64,000 bases of DNA, taken from contig JAWSUI010000006.1 in assembly GCA_033551855.1 (NCBI GenBank), forward strand, positions 43,189-107,188. Reading direction: 5' to 3'. Below the pieces are notes generated by a model. The model did not search any database, was not told where the DNA came from, and saw nothing but the letters and a program-made list of their open reading frames with translations. Source of the DNA: Deferrisomatales bacterium. GTDB taxonomy: Bacteria; Desulfobacterota; Deferrisomatia; Deferrisomatales; JACRMM01. Position numbers and translations under genes: made by a program. Shown one piece after another: positions 49,501 to 58,368 of this stretch (position 1 is the stretch's first letter; each line of letters starts with the position of its first letter).

Positions 49501-52092
49501 GAGTTCATGCAGCCGGAAGAGATCGTCCTGCTCGAGACGGCGGCACGGGTCGTCGTGAACGGGGTCCAGGGAGACCTGGCGTCCCAACTGCGAGGGATCG
49601 TGCGGGACCCGCCGCCCTTGCCGGCACTCTCCCCCTCGCCTACGCACCGGGAACCCCCGAGAGAGATCCCGCCGATCTCCCGCCCGCAGGACCTCGTTTT
49701 CGACAACGGCTGGGGGGGGTTTAGCCCCGACGGACGGGAGTACGCGATCTTTCGAGAGCCCGGCTCCCCTCCCCCCGCCCCCTGGATCAACGTGGTCGCG
49801 AACCCCCACTTCGGGTTCCTGGTCACCGACTCCGGCTCCAGCTGCACGTGGTGCGAGAACAGCGGAGAGAACCGGCTGACCCCCTGGCACAACGACCCGG
49901 TGAGCGACCCCACCGGCGAGGCGTTGTACCTGCGAGACGAGGAGACGGGCGCGGTGTGGACCCCCATGCCCATGCCGGCGGGCGCCGCCGCCCCCTATCT
50001 GGTGCGCCACGGCGTGGGGTACTCCACGTTCGAGCACTCGAGCCACGGGTTGAAACAGCAGGTTCGGGTGTTCGCGGCACAGAGCGACCCGGTCAAGTTC
50101 GTCCAGGTCCGGCTGGAGAACGCGTGGAGTCACACTCGCCGGATCACCGCCACCCACTACGTGGAGTGGGTCCTGGGAACCCATCGGTCCGAGACGCAGC
50201 CGTTCGTGGTGCTGGAACACGACGAAGCCCGAAACGCCATCCTCGCCCGCAACCCGTACCACTCGGAGTTCGGCGCGCGCGTGGCGTTCTCGGCAGCCGA
50301 CCGTCGCCTCCACGGGCTCACGGGGTCGCGCTCGGAGTTTCTCGGCCGGATGGGCAACCCCGAGAGCCCGGCGGGGCTGGGTCGGATCGGGCTCGCCGGG
50401 GCGGTGCGGGCCGGGCTCGACCCCTGTGCGGCGCTGCAGATCCACCTCGACATCCCGGCCGGAACCTCGGTGGAGTTCGTCTTCTTGCTGGGACAGGGGG
50501 GCGACCGGGAGCACGCACTCCGGCTGATCGAGAAGTATCGGGGCGTTCCGGCCGCCGAAGCCGCTCTCGCCCAGGTCCGGTCCGCCTGGGAGCGCCGGTT
50601 GGAGACCGTGCAGGTGCGCACGCCCGACCCGGCGCTGGATCTCCTCCTCAACCGCTGGCTCCCGTACCAGAACCTGTCCTGCCGGTTGTGGGGCCGGTCG
50701 GCGCTCTACCAGTCGAGCGGCGCCTTCGGGTTTCGAGACCAGCTCCAGGACGTGCTGGCGGTCCTCCACGCCGAGCCCGGCCTCGCCCGGGAGCATCTGT
50801 TGCGCGCGGCGGCCCACCAGTTCGAGGGGGGAGACGTGCTCCACTGGTGGCACCCCCCTACCGGCCGCGGCGTGCGGACGCGCATCTCGGACGACCTCCT
50901 CTGGCTGCCCTTCGTCACAGCCGAGTACGTGGCGGTCACCGGCGACGACTCGATCCTGGACGAGAAGATCCCGTTCCTGCAGGGGCCGGAGCTGGAGCCG
51001 GGCGAGCACGAGCGCTACGGCTGGTTTCCTCCCACGGACGAGGCGTTTCCCTTGCTGGAGCACGGCCGCCGCGCCCTCGAACGCGCTTCGACGAAGGGCC
51101 CCCACGAGCTGCCGCTCTTCGGCGGCGGGGACTGGAACGACGGCATGAACCGGGTCGGGGCTGCGGGGGAGGGGGAGAGCGTGTGGCTCGGCTGGTTTCT
51201 CTTCGCCGCACTGGAGAGCTTCGCCCCGCTTTGCGAGAGGCGCGGCGAGGCGCCGGCGGCAGAGGGGTTTCGCCGGCAGGCGCGCGCGCTTCGGGAGAGG
51301 ATCGAGGCCGAAGCGTGGGACGGAGGCTGGTACCTGCGCGGTTTCTACGACGACGGCGCGCCGCTCGGTTCCGCTCGAAACGAGGAGTGCCGGATCGACG
51401 CGGTCGCCCAGTCCTGGGCCGTGCTCTCCGAAGCGGGAGACCCGGTACGCGCCGGAGAGGCGATGGACGCCGTGGCCGAGCGCCTCGTGCGCCCGGAGGA
51501 CGGCCTCGTCCTCCTCTTGTCTCCCCCCTTCGACACGACGAGCCGCGACCCCGGCTACATCAAGGGGTATCCCCCCGGCATTCGCGAAAACGGGGGGCAG
51601 TACACCCACGCCGCCCTCTGGACGGTGTGGGCTTTTGCCCGGCTCGGGCAGGGGTCACGGGCCGGCGAGCTCCTTCGGCTCCTGAACCCCATATACCACG
51701 CCGACACCCCGGGAAAGGCGGCCCTGTACAAGGTCGAGCCCTATGTCGTCGCCGCCGACGTCTACGGGATCGATCCCCACGTGGGACGGGGCGGCTGGAC
51801 GTGGTATACGGGCTCGGCAGGCTGGATGTATCGCCTGGGGGTGGAAGCACTCCTGGGGCTACGACGAAGGGGCGACCGGCTCTTCCTCGAGCCGTGCATC
51901 CCGGCGGACTGGCGAAGTTTCGAGATCACCTACCGAGAGGGCGACACCACCTACCGGTTCGAGGTGCAAAACCCGAGCGGTGTGGAGCAAGGCGTTGCGG
52001 AGCTGCTCCTGGACGGTGAGCCGAGGCTCGACCGCTCGATTCCCCTTCTGCAAGATGGGCGGGAGCATGGAGTGGTGGTCCGGATGGGGTAG
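43543..52092 (+). CDS. ndvB: Cyclic beta-1,2-glucan synthase (Cgs/NdvB/ChvB; GT84 + cyclising domain + C-terminal GH94 phosphorylase)
   Basis: About 2850 aa; EWLLDN, GELWA, MDF.TRD.YR, WERKRGKLEEFN, SHDLLEG, RWIRGDWQ, RTSPTN, YDLL.SEAR, GDWNDGMN, RENGGQYTHA, WYTGSAGW. Confidence 0.95.
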   Translation: MAPKSPAAAEAPRELTRRDDPLADRARELAQRHHVSKRRSTGSLTARVAELKNGIDRVARHWSQASIQASDLAYAAEWLLDNLYVVRRALREVREDMPAGYYRSLPRLTLPELGEEPRIYAVATELLRGCRGRFSGDDAEHFLHAYQETRPLTMGELWALPTMLRFTALEVLAEAVSRLSGLPFAGRPLAGSEGKSSSFGWTEELSSVDRVSTAIASLRALDAIDWSAFFEAVSHVERVLRGDLTYASMDFDTRDRYRREVESLASTSRREEVPVAEAALEFASRMPSNRGDPAQGHVGCALLGEGRRELERELGCLLPLGLRLRRLLLAHPTFVYLGGIGSLAAGLWLLAVAYGVSRGGGAGQVAAVAVLTAVPALTIAVALVNWLLTLSLPPRVLPKLDFREGIPGDCRAMIVVPALFRDGHDVDSLLEQLELHHLSNPDPLLGFAVLADFADAPRAHMVGDGPIVERAKTALEALNRRYGRDGPGPFYVFLRERRWNPSEGVWMGWERKRGKLEEFNRLLLGGGPTSFTVQAGDLSVLPEFRYVLTADADTGLPRGSAARLVGTLAHPLNRPHVDPRSRRVVAGYTILQPRVEITAVSANQSPFSRIFSGDTGLDLYSRAVSDVYQDLFGEGLYVGKGLYDLDGFHRTLEGVVPENSLLSHDLLEGVHGRVALVTDVTLLEDYPGAYLPWASRQHRWIRGDWQLLPWLFLGRSRQGAGRSLPAIHRWKIADNLRRSLLAPALLAWLAAAWLWLPGSALLWTLLAALTPEVPLLTSAGQEVAARARRGAWAGPVPALRRHALRWLLQLAFLPYEAFLTLDAIVRTLFRLGVTRRNLLEWTTAAHTSRLFQDGGGHLRTWTRMAAAPLSAGLLAWAVAAVNPTALLAAAPFLLAWMLAPHLAWRISKPEVVTAKLATPEQRYRLSWLARRTWFFFERFVGPDDHWLPPDHFQESPKGVVAHRTSPTNVGLGLLSTLSAHDFGYIGKLLLAFRVSQAFESLDRLERYRGHFLNWYDTRTLKPLHPRYVSTVDSGNLAASLVALREGCLEVLEAPVLRWEEWQGLLDTLSVLAEELERMKEPAHTVFSPVRAHLDEVRRQILAVRHDRLRWPPLWETLAERQGPELARLLGVLLDQGTVGMSAGELDGLRDWSERIRRQLHNTLRELRTLTPWRFSLAHVPELLRSGPESGLQRAWRALRGRLEATESLVALAGAYETHREGLRDLVLRTRRAPTSSEAERERAAGWLEDLLGSLRRTENVARELVKRYTDIMARAERTVAAMDFRFLFDSRRKLFTIGYNVDAEQHDTNHYDLLSSEARVASLLAIAKGDAPQAHWLHLGRPVTQLNGSRALLSWSGTLFEYLMPLLLLEEHPGTLLAESDRAAMKWQVAYGQQKGVPWGVSESGYYRFDTQQNYQYRAFGVPGLGLKRGLEEDLVVAPYACLLALPLDPQEVMDNVERLIEEGLLGGYGLYEAVDYTPSRLTLGQKKALVRSYMAHHQGMILVSLGNYLHKGPMVRRFHRDPSIRSVEMLLQERIHHTAPLERPHPSVSEGSLKERRAARHEPWSAPLDAPFPLVHFLSNGTYGVLITSGGGGYSRWGDVDLTRWRADTTGDDWGTWIYLRDVDADALWSVGCQPTGTGLQGRTVTFSAHKADLRCELHQIAVSTEIAVHPEDSVEVRRVVLTNKSSRPRLLQVTSYGEVVLAPQDTRHPAFNKLFIESRFLEDANALLFSRRARGPEESPVHLAHLLVLKEGAAKGDCETDRARFLGRGGTVRRPAALGAGGEGLTGTTGATLDPVFSLSQQIILEPHATVELAFVTLASESREQALTLAERYRQWNQIHRVFGEARTHSEIELERTGLTTAELERFQVLLSLLLYPHEALRAKPHVIAANRLGQPGLWPFAISGDHPILLVRVGAEDEAGVVLDVLKAHAYWRSRGLRVDLAILNEKQAGYSQEVQGHLQRLVAQTGGDAWLDRHGGIFLLRAEFMQPEEIVLLETAARVVVNGVQGDLASQLRGIVRDPPPLPALSPSPTHREPPREIPPISRPQDLVFDNGWGGFSPDGREYAIFREPGSPPPAPWINVVANPHFGFLVTDSGSSCTWCENSGENRLTPWHNDPVSDPTGEALYLRDEETGAVWTPMPMPAGAAAPYLVRHGVGYSTFEHSSHGLKQQVRVFAAQSDPVKFVQVRLENAWSHTRRITATHYVEWVLGTHRSETQPFVVLEHDEARNAILARNPYHSEFGARVAFSAADRRLHGLTGSRSEFLGRMGNPESPAGLGRIGLAGAVRAGLDPCAALQIHLDIPAGTSVEFVFLLGQGGDREHALRLIEKYRGVPAAEAALAQVRSAWERRLETVQVRTPDPALDLLLNRWLPYQNLSCRLWGRSALYQSSGAFGFRDQLQDVLAVLHAEPGLAREHLLRAAAHQFEGGDVLHWWHPPTGRGVRTRISDDLLWLPFVTAEYVAVTGDDSILDEKIPFLQGPELEPGEHERYGWFPPTDEAFPLLEHGRRALERASTKGPHELPLFGGGDWNDGMNRVGAAGEGESVWLGWFLFAALESFAPLCERRGEAPAAEGFRRQARALRERIEAEAWDGGWYLRGFYDDGAPLGSARNEECRIDAVAQSWAVLSEAGDPVRAGEAMDAVAERLVRPEDGLVLLLSPPFDTTSRDPGYIKGYPPGIRENGGQYTHAALWTVWAFARLGQGSRAGELLRLLNPIYHADTPGKAALYKVEPYVVAADVYGIDPHVGRGGWTWYTGSAGWMYRLGVEALLGLRRRGDRLFLEPCIPADWRSFEITYREGDTTYRFEVQNPSGVEQGVAELLLDGEPRLDRSIPLLQDGREHGVVVRMG

Positions 52093-52385
52093 TTCGAGCT
52101 TGCCGGGCGATCCGGGGCAAGGAAAGCCCCCCCGGGTTGCGGCAGAGATGTCCGGGAGGGTCGCGCATCCATGGCCGTGGCTCAGGATGAACCCGTACAG
52201 GACGGGCAACAAGAGGGGTTTGCACAGCGAGGCCGGAGGCGTAGGGGCGCACGGCTGTGGGCCCCGGCGCGTAACCCAGCCGTGCCGCCGAGCCCCCAGG
52301 TTCGACGCGCAGGCGCGACCCCAACCCACACAAATCACAACAGAACCGACGATCTGGCCCTTGGGTGCCGGAAGCTCGCCGCCCC

Positions 52386-53012
52386 ATGATGGCGGCACTC
52401 GCCCAAGGGTTCTTGTTCGGCTGGGTCGGTTCCATGCCGATCGTCGGCGCGGTCTCCGTCTTCGTCTGCCAGCGCGGCCTCGCAGGGCAGTTGCGGAATG
52501 GCCTCGCGTTGGCGAGCGGCGCAGCACTCGCCGAGGGTGCGTGGTGCCTCGTCGTGCTCCAGGGCGTCGGCCAACTGTTCACTCGCTGGCCGGCCGCCGC
52601 CACCGTCGCCAAAGCCCTGGGCGGGGTCCTGCTCGTCTGTGTGGGCGTCTACTTCCTGACCCGCCACACGACGCTGCGCAACCAGGGGGCTCCGGTCGGC
52701 GCGCCGGCGCGGCGCCTTCGCGACGAGTTCCTCCTCGGCGCGACTTTGGTCGGCGTCAATCTCGCGATCCCCGTAAACTGGCTGGCGGCGGTGACGGTCG
52801 CGGTCTCGATCGGTCTGGTGCCCACGGTCCCGCCGCCGACGTTCGCCCTGGGGGTCACCTTCGGCGTCGTGGCGTGGTTCGCCCTCCTGCTGCGCCTTCT
52901 CGTCGGGTTTCGTCGGCGATTGAGCGCTTCGGTTCTCGACCGCGTGCTGCACATCCTGGGAATGCTGCTCATCGGGGGGGGATTCGTGGCGCTATGGATG
53001 GCGTGGACCTAG
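52386..53012 (+). CDS. LysE family translocator
   Basis: GFLFG...MPIVGAV......RGL, about six TM helices. Confidence 0.8.
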   Translation: MMAALAQGFLFGWVGSMPIVGAVSVFVCQRGLAGQLRNGLALASGAALAEGAWCLVVLQGVGQLFTRWPAAATVAKALGGVLLVCVGVYFLTRHTTLRNQGAPVGAPARRLRDEFLLGATLVGVNLAIPVNWLAAVTVAVSIGLVPTVPPPTFALGVTFGVVAWFALLLRLLVGFRRRLSASVLDRVLHILGMLLIGGGFVALWMAWT

Positions 53013-53163
53013 CAGGCTGCTGAAAAAGCAGCCTGCGTGCGTCCCATGGATGGGACGGAGAATTGCGGCGCTTGAAAAGCGCAGTGATTCGTGAGGGTTC
53101 GAAGGGGCCGTCTCCGAGAACCCGTAGCTGAAAAACCCAGGGAGGGGGTTTTTCAGCATCCTG
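53013..53163. mobile_element. MITE-like non-autonomous element, 151 bp, flanked by CTAG
   Basis: TIRs CAGGCTGCTGAAAAA / TTTTTCAGCATCCTG (14/15 match); CTAG at 53009-53012 and 53164-53167; no coding capacity. Confidence 0.8.
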
Positions 53164-53238
53164 CTAGATCGCACACAGAAGCGCTCCAGGATTGTTGGAG
53201 CCATCCTCTCGTCCTCGCTGGGTGTGGTCACCTTCAGC

Positions 53239-54081
53239 TCAAGGCTGGGCCTGCACCAGCTTCTTCGATTCCGCGAACACCCACGAAAGACCGAGTCCTG
53301 CCATCCAGACGTGACGGGTCCTCATGAGCGGGCTGTCTTCAAATACCGCGCCCGCCAAGTTATCGTAACTGACAAATGAACCGAGCCACATGTGGCGAAA
53401 ACGCTTGGTCGTCGTCAGCATAAGGAACGCACCGCTGTATCCGCCGCGTGCATCGTAGGCTGGACGAGAATCGGGAATGGCATGTTCTGGCGCGACCTCG
53501 TAGTAGTAGTCGTGGTACCGCTCAGAGGCGAAATACGTGCCGGCGGTTCCCCGGAGATCCAAGCCCGCGCCGGGCCCGATGTTGCGAAGAGCGAGTGTGA
53601 GCTGGGGATTGACGACAAAGCCGATGGCCTTCCAGGTGGAAAGATCCGTGGCAATGACGGCGCGGACCGGAAGACGAAAGAGCACTTCGCGCTCCGACTG
53701 GGTGTCCCTGGCAAGGCAGATCTCCAGTGCAGGTCCCACCTGGAACGTGAGATCGAGGTCCGGCATGCCCCTCCGGGCCCGGTTCTTGTCGCTCTTGGTC
53801 GGCATGGTGGCTTCGCCGCTCAGCTTCAACCGCACTCGCTCCGAGCGGAAGAGCAAGCCCGTGATCCCCTCGCTGTCCATCCTCAGAAGATCTCCGCGAT
53901 ACACCAGATACGGCAGCGGCAGCACATAGAGGCGCTGTTGGTCGGAACCGCGGTAGTCGGGAAGGCTCAATGCCGCAGCTCCCAGTCCCATCTCCCACAG
54001 GGGCAGTTCCTCGGAACGGCCGATGTTCGTGGAGGAGACAGCCAGCAGGAGGCCCACCAGACAGGAAATCCGTGGCCTCAT
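53239..54081 (-). CDS. MipA/OmpV family outer-membrane scaffold protein
   Basis: Signal peptide; LWEMGLG, PDYRGSD, PLPYLVYRG, GMPDLD...GP, YYYEV, FEDSPL. Confidence 0.85.
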   Translation of the reverse strand: MRPRISCLVGLLLAVSSTNIGRSEELPLWEMGLGAAALSLPDYRGSDQQRLYVLPLPYLVYRGDLLRMDSEGITGLLFRSERVRLKLSGEATMPTKSDKNRARRGMPDLDLTFQVGPALEICLARDTQSEREVLFRLPVRAVIATDLSTWKAIGFVVNPQLTLALRNIGPGAGLDLRGTAGTYFASERYHDYYYEVAPEHAIPDSRPAYDARGGYSGAFLMLTTTKRFRHMWLGSFVSYDNLAGAVFEDSPLMRTRHVWMAGLGLSWVFAESKKLVQAQP

Positions 54082-54208
54082 GGTCCCGACTCCCTGACCG
54101 CGACCTTGGAGGAACTCTTTGCTGCTGCGTGATTCGGCTCCCCCTCCCCGGGGCGAACTGCAGGCCGCGTTGCAACGGCGTGCTGGTACGAACCGCGCAC
54201 GGCCCGGG

Positions 54209-55072
54209 TCAGGGCCGAAAGCCTTCGAAGATTTCCCCGATCGCCTCGGCACCGAGCGGTGGGAGTTCGGCCAGGGGCCGGTCCGAGATCTCCTCCCGGA
54301 AACGGCTCCCGAAGGTGGGGCGCGGGTTCGCGCGGTAGAGGACGCCGATGGGCAAACGGTCGCCCCACTCCCGGGTCCGGGCCAGAGCAGCCTCCGGGTT
54401 TCCGGGGTCGTGGTCTGCCCCCAGCTTGACCACCCGCTCCTTGTACCAGCCGACCGGATGCCGGTCCCAGGTGATGCACGGCTGGATCACGTCCACGACC
54501 GAGAACCCCGGGTGCTGGATCGCCTGCACCAGGAGGTCGGTCAGGTGGTCGGGGTCTGCCGCGAACCCGCGGGCCACGAAGGTGCAGCCGTGGAGGACCG
54601 CGATGCCGAGCGGGTTGAGAGGATCGGCCTCCGTGCCCTGGAACTGGATGCTGCGGGGCTCCCCTCGCGGGGTGGTGGGGGAGCCCTGTCCCTTGGTGAG
54701 GGCATAGATCCGGTTGTCGTGAACCACCATGGTCAGGTTGGGGTTGCGCCGCAGCGCGTGCAGAAAGTGGTTGCCGCCCTCGCCGTAGCAGTCTCCCTCC
54801 CCCGAGACCACCACGGTGGTCAGGCCCGGGTTGGCCGCGGCGATGGCCGTGGCCACGGGCAGGGCGCGGCCGTGGAGGCCGTTGAAGAAGTTGGCCTTGA
54901 CGTAGTGGGGAAGCTTGGCGGCCTGACCGATCCCCGAGACCAGGCAAAGCCGGTGGGGCTCGACTTCGAGCCGTTCCAGGGCCGAGCAAAAGGCCTTGAG
55001 AATGGAAAAGTTCGGGCATCCGGGGCACCACTGAACCTCGGCGTCGGTTCGGAACCGGTCGGCGTCAGCCAT
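54209..55072 (-). CDS. korB: 2-oxoacid:ferredoxin oxidoreductase beta subunit (TPP-binding)
   Basis: WCPGCPNF, SGIG, LHGR, GEGD...EGGNH, N.IYALTKGQ.SPT, QPCIT. Substrate specificity cannot be determined. Confidence 0.9.
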   Translation of the reverse strand: MADADRFRTDAEVQWCPGCPNFSILKAFCSALERLEVEPHRLCLVSGIGQAAKLPHYVKANFFNGLHGRALPVATAIAAANPGLTTVVVSGEGDCYGEGGNHFLHALRRNPNLTMVVHDNRIYALTKGQGSPTTPRGEPRSIQFQGTEADPLNPLGIAVLHGCTFVARGFAADPDHLTDLLVQAIQHPGFSVVDVIQPCITWDRHPVGWYKERVVKLGADHDPGNPEAALARTREWGDRLPIGVLYRANPRPTFGSRFREEISDRPLAELPPLGAEAIGEIFEGFRP

Positions 55073-56735
55073 GGAACTGGCTCCGAATGACCTCGGCAGT
55101 GAGCGGCAGGCCATCGTACCGGCTCACCCGGCCCTGGAACTCCACCGGGTACTCCGAGCGCAGCAGCCGGGCAAGCTGACCTGTCGCGTTGCTCTCCACC
55201 GTCCAGTAGCGCTTTCCCTCTGGAAACCGGTACTCGGGGAGCGGCCAGAGCTCGGTGAAGTGGATCCGACCGGCGGCCACGCCGTCTCGCCGGAGAAGCT
55301 CCACGGCCTCCCGAACGGCCTCCCGGCTCGAACCCCAACCCACCAACACGTGCTCCGCCGCCTCCACGCCGACCTCTTCGGGCCGTCGGACCGCGCTCCG
55401 CAGGCCGTCGAGCTTGGCCAGCCGCTTTTCCATCATGGGCAGCGCCGTGCCCGCGAGGTCCTCGGTGATGTGCCCGGCTTCGTCGTGCTCGTCGCTGTCC
55501 GCGGCCACCAGGTGCTCGCTCTGCCCCGGGTAGAGCCGCGGGGAGACCCCACCAGCGGCAAAGCGGTAGCGCCGGTAGTCTTCGAACTCCGCCGGGTCGG
55601 CCAGGTGGGACTCCGGTGAGGACCGGCCGAGTTCCAAATCTTCCACCGAGAACAGGGACTCGGCGAGGAGTTGATCGGTGAGGAGGATCACCGGAACCTG
55701 GAAGCGGTCTGCCAGATTGAAGGCCCGCACGGTCTGGTGGAAGGCGTCCACCGGGTCCGAAGGAGCCAGCACGACCTTGGGGAACTCCCCGTGGCCCGCG
55801 TGGACGGCGAAGAGGAGGTCGCCTTGGGAGGTGCGGGTGGGCAGGCCGGTGGCAGGGCCCGGCCGCTGGGCCAGGGTCACCACCAAGGGCGTCTCGGTCA
55901 TCCCCGCCAGGCTCAGAGCCTCGACCATCAGGGCAAACCCGCCTCCCGAGGTGGCGGTCATGGACCGAGCCCCCGCGTAGCTCGCGCCAATGGCCATGTT
56001 CACGGCGGCGATCTCGTCCTCGGCCTGCTCCACGAACACTCCCAGCCGCTCCTGCTCCCGAGCGAGGTACGTGATGATGCTGGTGGAAGGGCTCATGGGG
56101 TAGGCGCTCAGGAACCGACACCCGGCTCGCGCGGCTCCCAGGGCCAGGGAGGTATGCCCATCCACGAGGAAATAGCGATCTTTCCGCCGGGGGAGCTCCC
56201 AGGGGCAGCGGTCCCCGCAACGCTCCTGCGCAAGCCGTCGGCCCGCCTCGACCGCTTCCCGATTGGCCTGGAGCACCTCTTCTCCCTTGCTGCCGAAGCG
56301 TCGCTCCAGCGCGCGGTCCAGGCACTCCGAGGCCAAACCGACCGCGGCTGCCAGAAAGCCCACGGCCACGGTATTGGCGTAGAGCTTCTTCCCCAGTTCC
56401 TCCTCCGCGATCTGGGCGAAGGGTACGGCAAGGGCTCCGCCTTCGCCCTCCGTGGGGGTCACGAGTAGGCCCCCCTCCCTGACGAGGGGGCGATATTTGC
56501 CGGCCGCGTCGTCGTTGAGGGCGAGCAGGAGGTCGGCCTGCTCGAGCGGTGCGTTTCGGGCCCGCTCGCCGATGCGAAGGGAGAAGCGGCTGTGACCTCC
56601 GCGGATCCGCGACTCGAGCTCCTGCCAGGCGAAGACCGCGTACCCCTGGGCTGCCACCGCCTCGGCCAGCAGGCCGCCGATCACCTGGATGCCTTCGCCA
56701 GCCGCGCCGACCAACACCAGGTTGATGTCCTCCAC
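55065..56735 (-). CDS. korA: 2-oxoacid:acceptor oxidoreductase alpha subunit (gamma-alpha fusion)
   Basis: G.AGEGI, SRIRGGH, AYPMSPST, QAEDEIAA, ATSGGGF, QRPGPATGLPTR; GTG start behind AGAGGAG. Confidence 0.92.
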   Translation of the reverse strand: MEDINLVLVGAAGEGIQVIGGLLAEAVAAQGYAVFAWQELESRIRGGHSRFSLRIGERARNAPLEQADLLLALNDDAAGKYRPLVREGGLLVTPTEGEGGALAVPFAQIAEEELGKKLYANTVAVGFLAAAVGLASECLDRALERRFGSKGEEVLQANREAVEAGRRLAQERCGDRCPWELPRRKDRYFLVDGHTSLALGAARAGCRFLSAYPMSPSTSIITYLAREQERLGVFVEQAEDEIAAVNMAIGASYAGARSMTATSGGGFALMVEALSLAGMTETPLVVTLAQRPGPATGLPTRTSQGDLLFAVHAGHGEFPKVVLAPSDPVDAFHQTVRAFNLADRFQVPVILLTDQLLAESLFSVEDLELGRSSPESHLADPAEFEDYRRYRFAAGGVSPRLYPGQSEHLVAADSDEHDEAGHITEDLAGTALPMMEKRLAKLDGLRSAVRRPEEVGVEAAEHVLVGWGSSREAVREAVELLRRDGVAAGRIHFTELWPLPEYRFPEGKRYWTVESNATGQLARLLRSEYPVEFQGRVSRYDGLPLTAEVIRSQFHG

Positions 56736-56930
56736 GGTGCTCCTCTGCTTTACCTCCTTGGTCCTTCGCCGCAGCTCACCCGCCCCATCCTGGCCCGGCC
56801 CAGCCCATGCACCTACCAGTGGTGGCAGGTCTTCCCCGTCCAGCCGACCCGGCGGGATGACCATCCCCGAGGAGGGGTGGGGGTGGGCGTGGCGCGGATC
56901 CTGGGTCCGACGCCCCGGCAATCAGGCCCC

Positions 56931-57047
56931 TCACTGCTTCTTCATGGGTTCCCCGCAACAGACCAGCTCTCCGTCGCCGGCCTCCAGAACCTTGACCTTG
57001 TTTCCGCAGATCTCGCACAGATAGGTTTCGCCTACCTTCGTAGCCAT
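56931..57047 (-). CDS. Desulforedoxin (stand-alone FeS4 domain, 38 aa)
   Basis: Not in the ORF track. [38 protein letters not shown]: CxxC...CC ligands; GAGGAG RBS. Confidence 0.92.
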   Translation of the reverse strand: MATKVGETYLCEICGNKVKVLEAGDGELVCCGEPMKKQ

Positions 57048-57130
57048 GGATCTTCTCCTCTGCCTCGCTGGTCGAGGGGTACGGGCGGCCAGTTCGTGGC
57101 CGCGCATTCTCTTCGCGGATGGGATCTCCG

Positions 57131-57418
57131 CTACGTTCTCGATCGCTCCTGCGCCCGCAGGTGGTCGACTTCGGCCTCCGCCTCGAGCCAGTCCTGCTCG
57201 GGGCTGCCCCCGACAAAACCACGGCTCTCGGCCCGAACGTACGCGGCCTGGCGAATCAGCGCCTCCCGGTCCGCCGGCTGGGTTCCCGCCGGGGCTGGGG
57301 CAGGCCGGACCTCCGTTCCTCCTCGGCTCCCGACGGATTTTCGCGCCCGCGTAGCCCGCTTTCTCCTCGCCGGGGCTTCAGCCTCCTCCGGCCCGATCCT
57401 TCTCTTTGCCGCTGTCAT
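57131..57418 (-). CDS. DUF2934-domain protein
   Basis: [15 protein letters not shown]...[10 protein letters not shown]; basic low-complexity N-terminus; start at ATG 57418. Confidence 0.85.
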   Translation of the reverse strand: MTAAKRRIGPEEAEAPARRKRATRARKSVGSRGGTEVRPAPAPAGTQPADREALIRQAAYVRAESRGFVGGSPEQDWLEAEAEVDHLRAQERSRT

Positions 57419-57877
57419 ATTCCACTCCGCTGAGGGAAGGTGTGATTGGTGGACGGGAGCCGACACCGGGGACCAGGGTCGGTGCGAGAGGGTCGGACCG
57501 CGGCGATGGTCAGCCTGCCCTCCCGTGGCCCCGTTCGGCCTCCCATCCGCTGGAGACCCTACACCCAGCCGCTGCATTGTCCACCTTCTCCGACGAAAAA
57601 TCACCGAGAAGGCAGGTAAAATACCTGACCGGCCCCTCCGCACGACGGGAGCTACGAAGGTCGGGGCTGCGACGGGCCGATTCATCGTCTCGGAACAGCC
57701 AGGGCGCCGGGTGCCACTTTGAGGACGGTCAGCGGGCCGAAATGGAGCTGCGCCGGGGTGGGGCCGGGTCGAGCAGCGCTCCTGACCGTGTTTGGCTGCC
57801 GAGGGGAAGGAGTGAAGGGTTGTCCTCCGGCGGGCGGGCACGGATCCGTCCGGGGGGCCAGGGCCCGAGGGACGGTG

Positions 57878-57905
57878 TTGACACCCCCTTCGATCTTGCT
57901 AGCCT
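57878..57905 (+). promoter_or_regulatory. Putative sigma-70 promoter
   Basis: TTGACA-16 bp-TAGCCT with a TGn extension, about 40 nt upstream of ATG 57946. Confidence 0.55.
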
Positions 57906-57945
57906 CACCTGCGTTGGTTTTCCGCTCAGCAACCGAGGAGGCCAC

Positions 57946-58368
57946 ATGCGCGACAAGCGAAATCTCCACCTGAAGGTCCAGGAACTGGCCGACTGCTACA
58001 AGGGCACCGACCCGCTCAAGGAGATGTGTCTCGTGGCCAAGGATGCAGACCCCGACGAGGCCGCCCTCAAGTGGATCGCCCTGGCCGTGCTCCACGGGGT
58101 CAACAGCAACGCCAAGAGGCTCTGTCTCCAGGTCGGCGCCGATGGCGAAGCCGCGGTCACCGCCGAGTACCGCAAGGGGAGGCTGCCCTCCCCCGGTGGC
58201 ACGGTGGCGAAGAAGGCCGTGGAGGCACTGCGGCAGATCACCCACTTCGAGAAGGACAAGGAGAGCGGCCCCCTGGCCGTTGGATGGGGCAACGAGAGCC
58301 TGGAGCTGCGGGTGAAGGTAAGGCGCAACGACAAGCGCGATATCGTGGAGATCGAGTTCCCTAGATAG
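57946..58368 (+). CDS. Hypothetical protein (140 aa)
   Basis: GAGGAGG RBS, GC-rich third codon positions, globular-looking sequence (LKVQELADCY..TDPLKEM...ALKWIALAVLHG). Confidence 0.75.
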   Translation: MRDKRNLHLKVQELADCYKGTDPLKEMCLVAKDADPDEAALKWIALAVLHGVNSNAKRLCLQVGADGEAAVTAEYRKGRLPSPGGTVAKKAVEALRQITHFEKDKESGPLAVGWGNESLELRVKVRRNDKRDIVEIEFPR

